A stretch of 64,000 nucleotides of DNA, taken from assembly GCA_002633005.1 (NCBI GenBank), contig NMRA01000012.1:1863992-1927991 (forward strand), given 5' to 3'. The number at the start of each line of letters is the position of its first letter. Positions within the stretch are counted from its first letter, which is position 1. Source of the stretch: Phoronis australis (Eukaryota > Animalia > Phoronida). Under the pieces are notes generated by a model. It made no database searches, was not told the DNA's origin, and worked only from the letters and a program-made list of their open reading frames with translations. Position numbers and translations under genes: made by a program. Below, piece after piece: positions 36,021-48,351 of the stretch.

Positions 36021-37703
36021 AACAAACATACCGGTAGGCCTACACAGATCATACAATGGAGCTATATACATGTACGTATGCATATGCAGGTCTCGTGCCG
36101 ATTACTCCAACGAAATCTTATGTGCGCTACAGGACACTTTGGCTTTGTAACACGCGGTGCTTTTGAGTTTTAACTACAAACTAACCACGTTGCACGCCTT
36201 TGAGCTAAATAATTATAACTTTATCCACTGCGTAAGTTTTAGAACAAAATGAAAATCGTTTTCTCCAATTTGACGTTTTAGTCAATAAAAAAAACGGGAG
36301 TTCTGGTTCTCGGGTGAAGCATCATAACTAGCCTTTGTGCGGCAAAGCAGTATACTAAATATACAGCTTGGCGCCGATGTGGGTAAAACACTGAACATAT
36401 AAAATCTTCACCGAATTAGTGTTATTAACGACACTCTTCCTTGAGTAAACTAAACTATTTATCGGCAGTCGCCGGGAAAAGTTGTCGTTCTGTCGTTATT
36501 CTGCTACTAAAATTGAGATGCGTTCACTTAGGTCGGCTTACATTGACCAGTTCCTTAATTTTTCACCGACTCTTCAGTCAGCTCTTCTTCTCTTCTACGA
36601 GGTTGCGTACATGGCACAACAAATTATGGGAACTGGTTTCATTTCGTCATAAGTTTTTAGTATTTTAATACCAGCAAATCGAATTTCAGAACAAATCGTG
36701 CTGCTGCGAAGTTAAGTCATCATCTTCCGAAAGATGTCGCAAAATTTTAGGAGATGGCGCGTGCTCATGTCACGAGCGCGACAGACTTTTTTGTTACATT
36801 AGGCAAACAAGTGACGTTCATTAGATTGTTTTTCACTCAAGCGGCTGCCGGCAACAAGCAACAAAGGAAGTTGTTACATCCAAAAATTTCAAATTTCAGT
36901 TGATCCATTCTTGTTGTTTTATTTACCGATCTATATTCTTCATTTCATGAAACAATAGTATCCTTGGGAGGATCTGGATCGCCTTATTAAGTTTCAGATA
37001 TATTTTCTACGTTTATATACCGTGAAGTTTTGCACCTGAGCAGAACACTTAAATCACAAAAAGTCTCGAACCTGCCACAATATATTTGAGATTTGGAAAG
37101 CAAGAAACATGACCAATGCATGACTCCTTTTGGTCACCTATTGCACTACATCAGATTAGATTCTCTACGGTCAAATATGAGTCAATTTTTAAATTCGTTC
37201 ACGAAACAATCAAAATACGTCGAACCCAAAAGCAAAACTGCAACCGCTGTAAATATTGTATTTTTGTCAATTTTATGCTTAATTTTGAATTTTTTATACC
37301 TAAAATTGATAAGAACCGCGCGCAAGGAGCATTTTAAAGAAGCGTCTGAACGTGCATCAGCCACGTCTGGGTGTCCTGCACAGATATTACTCAAAGAAGT
37401 CAAGAAAAAACGTCAGAAATGTAAGGGAACTTTAACTTAGAAATAGATTTCAGTTCACACTCTGACGAAAATACTGAATATAGCAGATATGCAGCCCAAG
37501 ACTGTAACTGTTGTAAAATACAACTTGAACTGCCGTGATGCAAGCTGCAAAAGTTCATTCATAAAAATATTTCATGCACGAATACGTGTCACGCGATCTG
37601 CGATCATCATTGATAAAAAATGACAAACGACACCAAAACAAGCGGAGCAATCTGTATAAACCCGCTTCTTTAAAGAATCCTCAGCGGGGCGGATATGATA
37701 AAT

Positions 37704-37876
37704 AGGTTATACAAAGTACATGTAGGCCTACGTGTTTGTACCAATGTGTTATCATATCGAGATTCGTGATATGTTAAACCATTTGTCCTCGTTCAAATAC
37801 TTGTGCCTGTCACGCATCTCGATATAATTACCACTGGTACAAACACGTACGTTGTATAACATATTATGTATAACCT
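37704..37876. repeat. Palindromic MITE-like element
   Basis: AGGTTATACA/TGTATAACCT, TACGTGTTTGTACCA/TGGTACAAACACGTA and ATATCGAGAT/ATCTCGATAT. Confidence 0.8.
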
Positions 37877-37884
37877 TTTTCTGC

Positions 37885-38125
37885 CTAATTTATAGATTGA
37901 ATTTAACAAGGTAATAGGTCTCTAATTTCTCAGTAACCGTTTGGGTTTATCAGGATTTGGTATAAATGTTATAATACCAGTTCTCTGAGTCAAAGACATG
38001 TCAGTTTTAACGCAACCTGAATTGATATATCGCACAATAAAGTGTTTCAAATCATCCCAGAAATATTTAATGAACTTGGCTGAAAATCCATCTGAGCCAG
38101 GGCTTTTATCGTCGTAGGGTTCACA
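37885..38125 (-). mobile_element. L1/Tx1 LINE ORF2 fragment (start of the RT domain)
   Basis: KSPGSDGFSAKFIKYFWDDL...GIITFIPNPDK..LLRN*RPITLLN.IYK. Confidence 0.88.
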
Positions 38126-38179
38126 ATTTAAGAACATTCCAACTTGTAATATGTGTTAAATATCAAAAGAATTGTATAG

Positions 38180-38495
38180 GTATTATAGTGTATATCTGTG
38201 TAGTGTTTTGATTTTAGTGATGAATGACTGTATAATTTTTGTCGGTTTATCGGATTCTCGCTCATCATCATAGTTGTTAAGAATTGTATGTACAAATTTC
38301 GTGTAGCATCCTATTTGATTTCTTCCAGGTAGTGTCACTGAACTTTCAGTTAACTATTTTTCTTCCATGTGTCATTTTAACTCGATTTCTCCGTACACTT
38401 TGTGATTTCTACATGTTTCAGTTTCACGGCAATCTAAATAAAATTTGATTATTTGTACGTCGTTTGTAACGTTGGGTCTGGACGGCAGTGAAAGT
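38180..38495 (+). repeat. Dispersed repeat family B (copies at 42280-42405 and 44845-45120)
   Basis: Shared TCTCGCTCATCATCATAGTTGT; the 44845 copy also shares TGTGATTTCTACATGTTTCA..CGTCGTTTGTAACGTTG. Confidence 0.85.
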
Positions 38496-39049
38496 GAAAC
38501 TCGTTTGTGAACCTAGACAAATTCGTCTTGGAGAACGCTCCTCCTCGTCCCCGAGACTTGGAATTTGTTTAATCGATTTAATATCAATCTTACATCTTTA
38601 ACTGGTGAAGAATATTTTTCACTGTGAGATCTACTGATAATGTGAGAGATTTGCAATTGATTGCCAGGACCTGCTTTTACTTTTAGAAAAAATGAGTAAA
38701 ACCGTTGCGTACCGGAATAATGTAATACGCATAGTAATAGTTTTTATCTCTATGATTTTATAGTGGTTTCTAAAGTGTCTGGAAAGACAACGATTCCGCT
38801 TTTTATCATCTGCATGTACTTTTGAAAGGCGACATTAATAAAAAAAAATTTATTTTCATTTTTATTATCTACTCGTCGACTTGTCTCTCATCGTCTCGCC
38901 TTCCGTCTGGTCTACTTCCCTTGGTCTACTAGTCTCGTCGACTTTTCTCATGTCACCTCGCTGTTTGTCTACTCAGTCGTCAGCCTGTCTCTCATCACCT
39001 CGACAAGTTGTCGATTCGTCAAATCGTTGACACGTCTCTCGTGAATTAT

Positions 39050-39400
39050 GCTGAAAGCGACGATCACGGGCACATTCAATATGACTAGAAGATCCACACA
39101 GTCAAAGAAGTCACCGCGAATGATGTACTTCCGGTTTTGGCTCAAGACTTAGACAACGACATAAGCCACAACATCCCTCAATGGGGAGATGGGTACTACG
39201 AGATGCCCCTTTCTTTCAAGAATGGTGAGAAATCAAATCTCCACAACAACCAACTTGCAGAAAACCATAAAGTTTTAGCTTTACAGCGACGCTTCATGAC
39301 AAACACAAAATACTTTGAGCATTACAAAGCATTCATGAAAGAGATTCTCGAAAGAGGGGTGGTGAATACGTTCCACCAAAAGAGCTTTAGGAGAGCGTCC
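39050..39400 (+). mobile_element. BEL/Pao LTR retrotransposon pol fragment
   Basis: DGYYEMPLSFK..NLHNN..LQRRF..YKAFMKEILERG resembles the BEL/Pao pre-RT region. Confidence 0.75.
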
Positions 39401-39704
39401 CGCGTCATAGAAGCAAAATAATTTCATTGACGCACTGTAACTGCTTAGTTCGGCCCAACTGACCTATAAATATCGGAAGCAAAGAAGGACAATGAACTAA
39501 TATGACCCATAGGTTCTCCAAATGGACCTTATGATTAAATTTACCCATACCCACGTTTTTGGTATCCAACTTTGAAATATCCCAGTTCTTCATTTTGGGA
39601 TGTTGGCAATTAAGGACAATGCATCAAATCTTCTGATAAACCGGGTGATAGTAAACATCTTTTTTAAATACAGTTATTCTTACTAAAGTGTACACACGTC
39701 GCGC

Positions 39705-41442
39705 CATGACAACAAATCGAGTTAAATCTGTTCTAATGACCAACTACACCAGCTATTAATGCCGTGATGAAGGGGAAAATGAAGATTCGAGAAGATGCGG
39801 AAAGGTACAGGATTCTGAGCCCAAGCTTGTTTGACGACACTCTAGAAAAATATCGAGAGACAGAGGCGGAGCCAGGAAGAGAAGTGGTCCTTTCCGTCGA
39901 GTCAGAAACCATCCTGGTAAGCTACTGTACCTATATGTCCAACAGAGGCTTCCCTTTGACTAAAACGGTTTTTAAAGCGTTGGAATGAAGCGTACTTCTC
40001 GTCACACCACTGTCTAAACGGTCTCGCTTCGGAAGCGAAGGTCCATAGAACAAGAGGGTACGGGAATGTATCAAGCGACATCCTGACTTTAAAATGAAAA
40101 CATCAAGAATGCTGGACGACCGTCGCTCGTCCTTGGAGCGGGCAGAAGTGAACGAGTATTATCAGCTGCAATAGCAGGAAATATCAAAATACGATTTGGG
40201 CCCGGATCAAGTGTTGACTGCAGACGAAATAGGGTTTCCTGCCAAGGATCCTTATCAAGCCAAGGTCATCGCATCAAGTGCAGAGAAAACAGTATTTCAG
40301 CGCCAGGTCAATTTTTCGGGGTATACGACGATATTTTTGCTGCTTCTGCGGCTGACAAGGTTATCCCACTGACTGAAATATTTCAAGGGGTTTACCAAGT
40401 GGCTTGTCACCATCAAACACAGGCAGCTGCAGTTACCAGTCGACGAAGTCTGGTTACGTCAACACAGATTTTTGGTGGTTCAGGGATGTCTTCACTCCAA
40501 CAAATGGTGTCCCACATAACCGCCCCGTTATGTTGGTGTATCCCATTTATTGATGGGCGTAATAAACATCGCACAATCAAAGAACGTCAAACTCCTCTGT
40601 CTCCCTCCACAGTCATCGTATATTTTGGATCCTCCGGATGTGGGGTATTTTGGTCTTTTGAAATGGCAGGTGGCCCGGTATGCCATTCCTGTGATATGGT
40701 GGAGCTCGTGTTAACCCAAAGTCACTATTACCAAACCTTATCAGAGCTGCTACCCAATACGTTATACATTAGCAAAGAGGCCGTCATAACAGCTTTCAGG
40801 GCAGCAAGCATTTCTCCCGAGACAAGTCACGCTGCCTGCGTCAACAGTTGATAGATCAGTACCGGCGGACGAACAAGGTGATGCAGCAATATGTGAAACC
40901 TGTAGTTACTACGGCATCAACCACTTAGTTTGTCTCGGCATAGTGCCGGAGTCTCTTAAGAAGACACTAGTGCCACCAACACAAACCATCACTAATCGTA
41001 GTGGAAACTTCAGACAAGGCTTTTGACATCAGCTGATGTTGCCGTCAACAGTATCGGCGAAGAGCTGGACACCAGTGAAGCGCACAGAAAAAGGTCTACT
41101 GGCCTACCCAGTCACAAAGTGGCAGAGTCATCGAGCAAAACTTGGGAATAAGGGGAAGACTCTAAAATCAAAAAGCAAGCGCCGCGACGACCAGCAATGG
41201 TGGAAAGTGAGTCTAAGCCAAGTGTCAGGGGTCTGTGTGCTCCTCAAACTGAGCAAAACGATGACAGCAAAGACTGCTGTCAGTGTGGGGTAACTTTGCC
41301 AGAGGCTTTGCCGCTATGTCGTTCACCGACTATAGTGAACTGGGTGGTGTGCGACGTTCTCGGGCGGAACCATTGGACCCACTTGTGCTTTGGCACACCG
41401 ATAGAGAGAGTTTATGTATTTGTGTATAATAATTGTATATAG
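39705..41442 (+). pseudogene. Second, older pogo-like DDE transposase remnant with a C-terminal PHD-like Cys/His cluster
   Basis: HTH (AINAVMKGKMKIRE.AERY), GREVVLS..E..LVSYC.YMSNRGFPLT, KRHPD, VLTADEIGF, I.TAFRAASI.P, and terminal CCQC..NWVVCD..HWTHLC; many lesions. Confidence 0.8.
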
Positions 41443-42409
41443 ATTTCTTTGTATTTATTTAACTCAGATACAATGCCTCTTGGCGCTTTTTGGGTATGTA
41501 TATTTATTGTACTGATTATTTCATAACAAACATCAAATAATAGTGAAATTGAGCGACAAACAAAAGTCCCAGTGCCGATGCCATGTTCGGAGGCTCACGT
41601 GATGGAGGGTGAAGAGTGAGGCCACGGCAGAGTGCCTTAATTAGTTCAGTATTTGAGTTAAATTGATGATAAATTTGAGGTGTTTAATGTTGATAGTTAT
41701 GAAAGACTGCAGTCGCCAAACCATTGTAATTCATGAATGTGTTTAAAGATGAACTAAAACTTTGTGCTTTCGTGAAATTGCCTTTTTTCAGAAATTTAAA
41801 TCTAGATGAGGCAATTGTCATACCTACCACAGCAGTAAAAAAAATTGTAACGGGAATCATGAACATAATGCTTTGCTTAACGGCTCGCACAAATACGTGT
41901 AATTCAATATGAAAACCAATAGGCACCAAAGACGATTATTTGGTCATCCACTGCACATTGCAAACTGTAACACAGTAGTGGATCAATCCGCAACCGCTGT
42001 TGCAATCATTGCACGAGGCAAGAACCACGGTTTGTCAGTATGCCACACTTTGGCGCATAAAGCGCTACGAGAACTTTTATGTGGTCTGTAATGACATAGC
42101 TTATTTCAGTAAAGAATTTAAAACAAGTATTATTTCCAGTTAAATATAATGGAAAATGTTCCAAAACGTCCGATATTTAAATCGCTAGACTAAATATTCG
42201 CCAGTCATATTTTTTCAAACTTTTCGCTGTCACAAGTACGTGCCAACGAGGTAATTGTTTAATGATAGTATTTTATGAATATCATAGTGTATTTCAATGT
42301 AATGTTTTGATTTTATTGATGAATATTTGTATAATTTTTGTTATTTATCGGAATCTCGCTCATCATCATAGTTGTAAAAATTGTATCTAGAAAATTCGTG
42401 TAACATAAT

Positions 42410-43070
42410 ACGCTCATAAAGAATGATAAGAAGTGAAGGGTTATTGTCAAAAAAGTTTCGTCAACAGCACCGACTGGGATTGCCGCATCAAATATTGGTT
42501 GAGAAACTTTAAGACCACCACTGTGGTCTCCGTGATAGCAGATTTTCCAGTGAGGAGCTGTTCAAGAGAATTAACGAGGAAGAAATGGAATGTCTAGAAT
42601 TAAAGAAAAAATGCCAACACTGGACATACTGATAATTGACGAGTTGTCCATGCTATCTAAGAACGTTTTTCTACGAGTTGAGCACATATTCCGCAAAGTG
42701 AGGAGAAAGGATCTACCGTTTGTGGTTTGCAAGCTCATAAAAAGCTGATTTGAAGTGAAGAGGTATTGTCAGAAAAAGTTTCGTTAACAGCACCGACTGG
42801 GAATTTTACACCACTACTGTGGATTCCCTGATGGCAAGTTTCCCAATGAGAAGCTGTTCAAGAACTAACGAAGAAATGGAATTCCTAGAATTAAAGAAAA
42901 AAAATCCAACACTGGAAGTACTCATACCTGACGAGGTGTCCATGCTATCTTGGAACGTTTTTCTGCAAGTTGAATACATATTTCGAAAAGTGAGGAGAAA
43001 GGATCTATCGTTTGTGGTTTACAGACGACAATATATGGAGACTTTAACCAGTTGAAGCCCGTACCCTGTC
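42410..43070 (+). pseudogene. Two tandem PIF1-family helicase fragments (Helitron/Helentron RepHel-like)
   Basis: TAPTGIAA, LIIDELSML / LIPDEVSML and GDFNQLKPVP motifs; ~330 bp duplicated (42410-42740 and 42735-43020). Confidence 0.8.
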
Positions 43071-43699
43071 AAACATGGTGAACCTGGCAAAAGATTGGCA
43101 TTTCATGAGAAAGAATTAAAGAAACAGGTTCCCCATGTGTTTATATTCAAAAACGTGCATAAATAAAATCAGGGTAAGTTACTGTCGCTGACGCTTAAAT
43201 TCGTAATCTTTCAAAGTTCCATTCAGCCCTGTTTAATATATCTGGAAAGAGCAGACCATGTACCTTTTGACTGTGACTGCGGTCAGTTCATTCGACAACA
43301 ATTTAAGATTGGGGTAGTGTGGCAATGCTTTTTATGATAAAAGCTTTGGTTAAGTATGAATATGGATAATATGTATGTTAAATCGTGCTGTACGAACAGT
43401 AAACTACTCAAATCACGTCATCTCCAGTTATTTGACGATCAGTAAGACACAGATTAATTTTACCTTTTCGTTACTTTTGAGATGATCTATTAACATGATC
43501 GTTCAGCCATACATCTGTTCAGCTGAGCGCTGGAGAATTAACGAATAGTTCAAGAGCATGGACCGGCCGTTGTCTCCGATCAAATAATGTTTGAAAAACC
43601 CAGTTTGAACGAGCAGCTTAAACTGGAACTCGAAGGACTCTATCATTATTTAGGTGATCTGTGCATTATGATGCACAGCAGCGCGTGTATATTTATATA

Positions 43700-43866
43700 T
43701 GTGTTTTTATACCACAATATTAGCGTCAAATGGCAGATACAACCGTGTAATAACCCATAAAGTTATCTCACTAGTGAGATAACGATTTGGCGGGAAACCG
43801 AGGACGGAGTCGAACCCGGGACATTGGAATTGCTGGTCGCCGACTTTACCACTACACCATGCAGCG
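43700..43866 (-). mobile_element. tRNA-derived SINE (head plus short body)
   Basis: A box TGGTGTAGTGGT and B box GGTTCGACTCC at tRNA spacing; the anticodon and acceptor stems pair poorly. Confidence 0.7.
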
Positions 43867-44412
43867 ACTGACGTCATCAAGAGTGAAAATAGAATACTTA
43901 AAGGAGCACGCGCAATAATCGCATGTTCAGCAAACCGCATTGTACTGTATTTATACGCTACGAAAAATAAGACACATAATTTCCATAAAAATGATATCTT
44001 AATTCTGTGAAATTTTTCTCTCATGTCCTCTTACTTGTAAATCACCGATCTCCAGTTTGAATGCGGGTATCATGTCGTCAGGATCTTTGACTTGAGAATT
44101 ATATTCAGTTACCAGTGGTAACCTACTTTAGCAGACGATAATTTCCCGGTCGAAGCTTCGCGTGAAAAAAACGAGTTTTAAGCTATAATAGTTGGTAAAC
44201 CTTAATTTATGAATTCAATTTATTTCTATTATATTTAAGTTTTCAATTGGTTTTGAGTAAAAGCATTATTTGACAAAAATAGCCCGACTTTTCTTAAAAG
44301 GTCACGACCTCCGACCCCGGGCCTCTGACATAGAAAGTAGTTACAAAGCCGTGGAGAGTCAGAAAAGGTAAATCGATTCATTGCAACGTTTCTCGTTTAG
44401 TATGCGGTATAA

Positions 44413-44576
44413 ATAGATTATTACATGTTCTCAGCCGTTATCCCCCTTATCTGGAACCCTCGTGGATTTTGGAGAATTATCACCCTCGGGGCTAAAGCCC
44501 CTCGGGCGATAATTCTCCAAAATCCACTCGGGCTCTAGATAACGGGGGATAACGACTTCGCCATGTAATAATCTAT
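44413..44576. repeat. Near-perfect ~165 bp palindromic MITE
   Basis: ATAGATTATTACATG/CATGTAATAATCTAT, GTGGATTTTGGAGAATTATC/GATAATTCTCCAAAATCCAC, and central GGGGCTAAAGCCCC. Confidence 0.9.
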
Positions 44577-44664
44577 ATTTATCGACATAGTTGCGCATGC
44601 CAACTTCACGTGTTATATTGCATTTGTCATTTCTGACGAGCGTTTCACTGTGAACTAGTTGTAA

Positions 44665-44710
44665 ATAGTAGCCTGAAGATGAGATATGTGTCTCGAAATA
44701 TCGCTTTTTA
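44665..44710 (+). ncRNA. Minimal type I hammerhead ribozyme-like motif (Penelope pLTR type)
   Basis: AGC-CTGAAGA-T-GAGAT(ATGT)GTCTC-GAAA-TATC-GCT. Confidence 0.5.
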
Positions 44711-45310
44711 AATTAAGTTACCTACTGATGTCGTTTGGATTTTCATTGCATTCTTGTGATGTAAAGACAAGATCTCTGTTTAGAGAGTTTGAAAGAACTG
44801 AAATTAAACTAGTAAAAACAGATCAAAGTCGTGTCTTTAATGAAATATTATGAATATTTGTAAAATTATTTATCTGAATCTCGCTTATCATCATAGTTGT
44901 TAAGAATCATATGTAGAAATTTCATGTACCATAATATTTTATTTCTTCCAGGTAGCGTCATTGAACTTTCAGTAAATTATTCTTGTTTCATGTTAAAGTG
45001 ATTTTAACCCGATTATTCTGTTAACTTTGTGATTTCTACATGTTTCATTTTCACGACAATCTAAATAAAATTCAACTATTTGGACGTCGTTTGTAACGTT
45101 GTGTCTGGGCGGCAGTGAAATATAGCAACAGGAAAACTAACACACAGAATATTAACCCGTTTAAAAAGTTACACCATCGTGACGTAACAAAATCGCAACG
45201 AGATGATGGCAACATAAAAACTAACACATGGTACACCCTCGTGAGGTGACCAAATCGCCACGAGATGAAGTCGTGGCGGTGATCTACACCATTTTCACCT
45301 TCCCAGCTAT

Positions 45311-45750
45311 AGTCCCGTTTAGACACCAACTTTTGACCCGGCGCAACTGACACGGAGCAAATTGATCGGTGTCAAGCGTTCGTTTACACACACAACTCAC
45401 TCACTCACTCACTGTGGCAAGACGGAAATTGTAGGCTGGAGAGTGTATCACACATGCGCAGGTTTACAAATCACGGGAGTTGAAGAGACAAAGAAACCGT
45501 ATTGAGGTCATTACACAAGCGCAGTAGAGATGATCCTTTCCGCCTTGTCCCAGTTTCGCGTTTGAACACATAATTGACACCCAGCAAAATGTTTTAGCGC
45601 AAATTGCTCTACCTCACAAACGGGTGGCAAAAGTTGTAACCGCGGTGTCAATTTGCTCCAGTTTTATTCCTGTTTACACACATACTTGCGCTAGAACAAC
45701 TCGTTCCGTGTCAGCTGATCCGTGTCAACTTTTGTAATGTAAACGGCACT
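45311..45750. mobile_element. PIF/Harbinger-like MITE
   Basis: Termini AGTCCCGTTTAGA and TGTAAACGGCACT, with internal inverted CAACTGACACGGA/TCCGTGTCAGCTG and GGAGCAAATTGA/TCAATTTGCTCC. Confidence 0.65.
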
Positions 45751-47232
45751 GATGACCCTCTTTGGAATGCATACATCATACGCCGGTTTCACAACTTTCA
45801 AACCAGCATTGGGTTTTTTGGGGGAACTCAAGGACACTTGTCCCAGAATGACTGAATTAACAGTATGGCAGTATTGCAAGTATAACGGGTTGTTGTTTGC
45901 CTGTTTGGCAGAAAAGATTCTCAAGTGTGCCACTATTAAACCGAGGAGGTATTGATTCAATTGAGAACTTCTCCATGTCACCCAGGCATTCCTTGCATAA
46001 ATTTGCTTTTGACAAACCTGATGTCTGCTCAGCCACTACTCCTTGAAAAAGAGCAGGACTTCAGAAAGCATTCCGAGTCTTTCATCTTTCAAATTTACCA
46101 TACAGTGTAGGTCTGCTTTCGTTGAATATGGCAGTGACTGTACTTGGGTGTTCCAGCAGTTTGATTGCGTTGTCTAAGTAGCTGCCATACGTTAAAGACG
46201 CCTTGTATGCTTTCGTGAGAATTTGAAACTCAACACATGTTCGGCAAGGTGGTTTTTCTTCTTTTCCGACTACTTTGAAAACAACTGGTTGTTGGTGATG
46301 TTTTGACAACTCAACCTTGCGTTTATTTCTCTATCCCAGTGAACGGCATTCACCTGTTGATTTGAATATTTAAATAAATTGTTTCAAGCTCCTTGGAACA
46401 CAGTCGATATAACTTTTATGGTACGACTAGTAAAGCTCTACCAAGCCAATGTCGTAAATGATCTCTGCGATGATAACCACAATCACATATTGAAATATAT
46501 ACTGTGTTGTTTGTTGAAATATGTTTCGGATTTTTTGTATAAATTATGCTATCATTTCTAGACGTTACCTGACATTTTGCACTTAACCACATTTTCCACT
46601 GTATTGGCTTTCCGTTCAAAACGACGTTCCTGGTGCATTTGGGATCATCGCCACTCATTCTAATGCAGTTTCTAATCTTTTTGGTGTTGTGTTTGGTGTT
46701 CAGTGAAGGAGCAAGCAGCTGCCCTGGATTCGTTATATAACTGTGAAGTATTTGTGCTCAGACCTACAAAGAGGGGGATTACTGTTACATAGTGAATCCT
46801 GTCGGAATTTGTTACACATGATCATCAATATACAAAACGCTGTTTACGGTACAGGACCACTTTTTGCCCGCAAAAAGTATTATAAGCCTTCGCACGCTGT
46901 TCCCTTCCCTCAGGCAACACAGCATATCACATTTGTAGTATCCACGAATTTCTACCAAATCAATTATTAGTTTTAAACATAAAGAGAAACTTCCGTTAAA
47001 ACTTACAAAAATTAACGTTAAATTCCAATTAAATTATGTTCATGCGTCAAATTAATCCTACTCACATAATGAAAGACCTGTTCTCTTTGCCACCATCCAT
47101 AGGAACAAAATCAACCTTGAGTTTATATAAGTGAAGTTCAGCGATAACTTCATAGAGAATGGAATGCAACTCTGCTGCATGGATACCATTAGCGGGAAAA
47201 TGGCAGACTGGAAATCGGAAGCCTGTGTATCC
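45751..47232 (-). pseudogene. Degenerate intron-containing P-element (THAP9-like) transposase
   Basis: Exon-like blocks GFRFPVCHFP..ELHSILYEVIAEL..VDFVPMDGGKENRSF, HNTKKIRNCIRMSG..GKPIQW, SEKKKNHLAEHVL and NNNPLYLQYCHTVNSVILGQ, bounded by AG/GT sites. Confidence 0.8.
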
Positions 47233-48173
47233 TGAAACAAAACGTGTAACCTTACCGGTATGACATCGCCTACGTATTATCTGTGCAAATATTGCGATGA
47301 ATACTTTCAGTCATAATATGTAGAAAATTAAATCAATTACTGGATTTACGGATTGAATGTAAGACATATGCATATGTCGCCACGAGGTTGCCACTACGAG
47401 TGTCAAAGTCAGACAAAAAATACTCCTAAATTCGTTTGAAAGTTTGTGTTGACTTCCAAACTTTAAATTACGTCTAACACTTTTTAGTAGAATGTATACC
47501 TTTGGTTGAATATTTATCTCTTTATTTCATGAAATCAGTGCATTTGCAGTCAGCACACACATCAAACACGCGGTGTAATTGCAACAGGAAGTAAACATAA
47601 GGAAGTCGGAATTGTTTTTTTTTTTTTAGTCAACAGATACAACGCCCGATATTTTGGCCACCTCAGATTTCGTTTGTCTACTGGGATTTTTGCCAAGTCG
47701 CCAAATGCGACTTAATTTGGCAATAAGATAAGCGTCGAACGTTGAGTTTGTTGATCAAATTTTCCTTGACATCAATTTTCTTTTCCTACACGCCCTATTC
47801 CATTGCTACATGGCCCGTTTAGACCACAGTCTGATGCATATGCGCATGAGAACGTTGGCCACGGGAACAGGACATTGATCATATCGGTTACCGTACGTTG
47901 TTGGACATTTCAATGGAATGCAGTAATTATGTCTTTTATTGGTTCAGGAGTCCTGATGTTCACGGATGTTGTTGACAAACCTGTAATGTACTGAGCCAAA
48001 TATTGATAGTTTTCTTAGAAAACTGTATCTATAAGTCAGTTGTGAGGACTTTGGATTACATTAGTTTTTCGGTCCTTTTGGGTGTCATGTTTCAACTGCG
48101 TGAATTTGTTTACTAATGGTTCTAAACGCTAAACACGGTGTTAAACACATTCATGATGTCCATTTGTTTTCAC

Positions 48174-48351
48174 AATTGACTTATCGCAAGCTCCGCCCCC
48201 TTGCGAAATGTCGACAAACGAACAATAAGTTTTACCCGGCAACGTGTTGTTTGTCGGGTGAAATGGCGGCTTGGAAACGAAGGTGTGTCTGAATGGTGTG
48301 TTCTGATTGGTCACTTAAGCCGTCACTCAAAGTCCTGGCGATAGGTCAATT
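48174..48351. mobile_element. Small MITE with 14-bp TIRs
   Basis: AATTGACTTATCGC / GCGATAGGTCAATT. Confidence 0.6.

Noticed and set aside
43795-43866. Functional tRNA gene
   Set aside because: A and B boxes are present but the anticodon and acceptor stems are disrupted; better explained as a SINE head.
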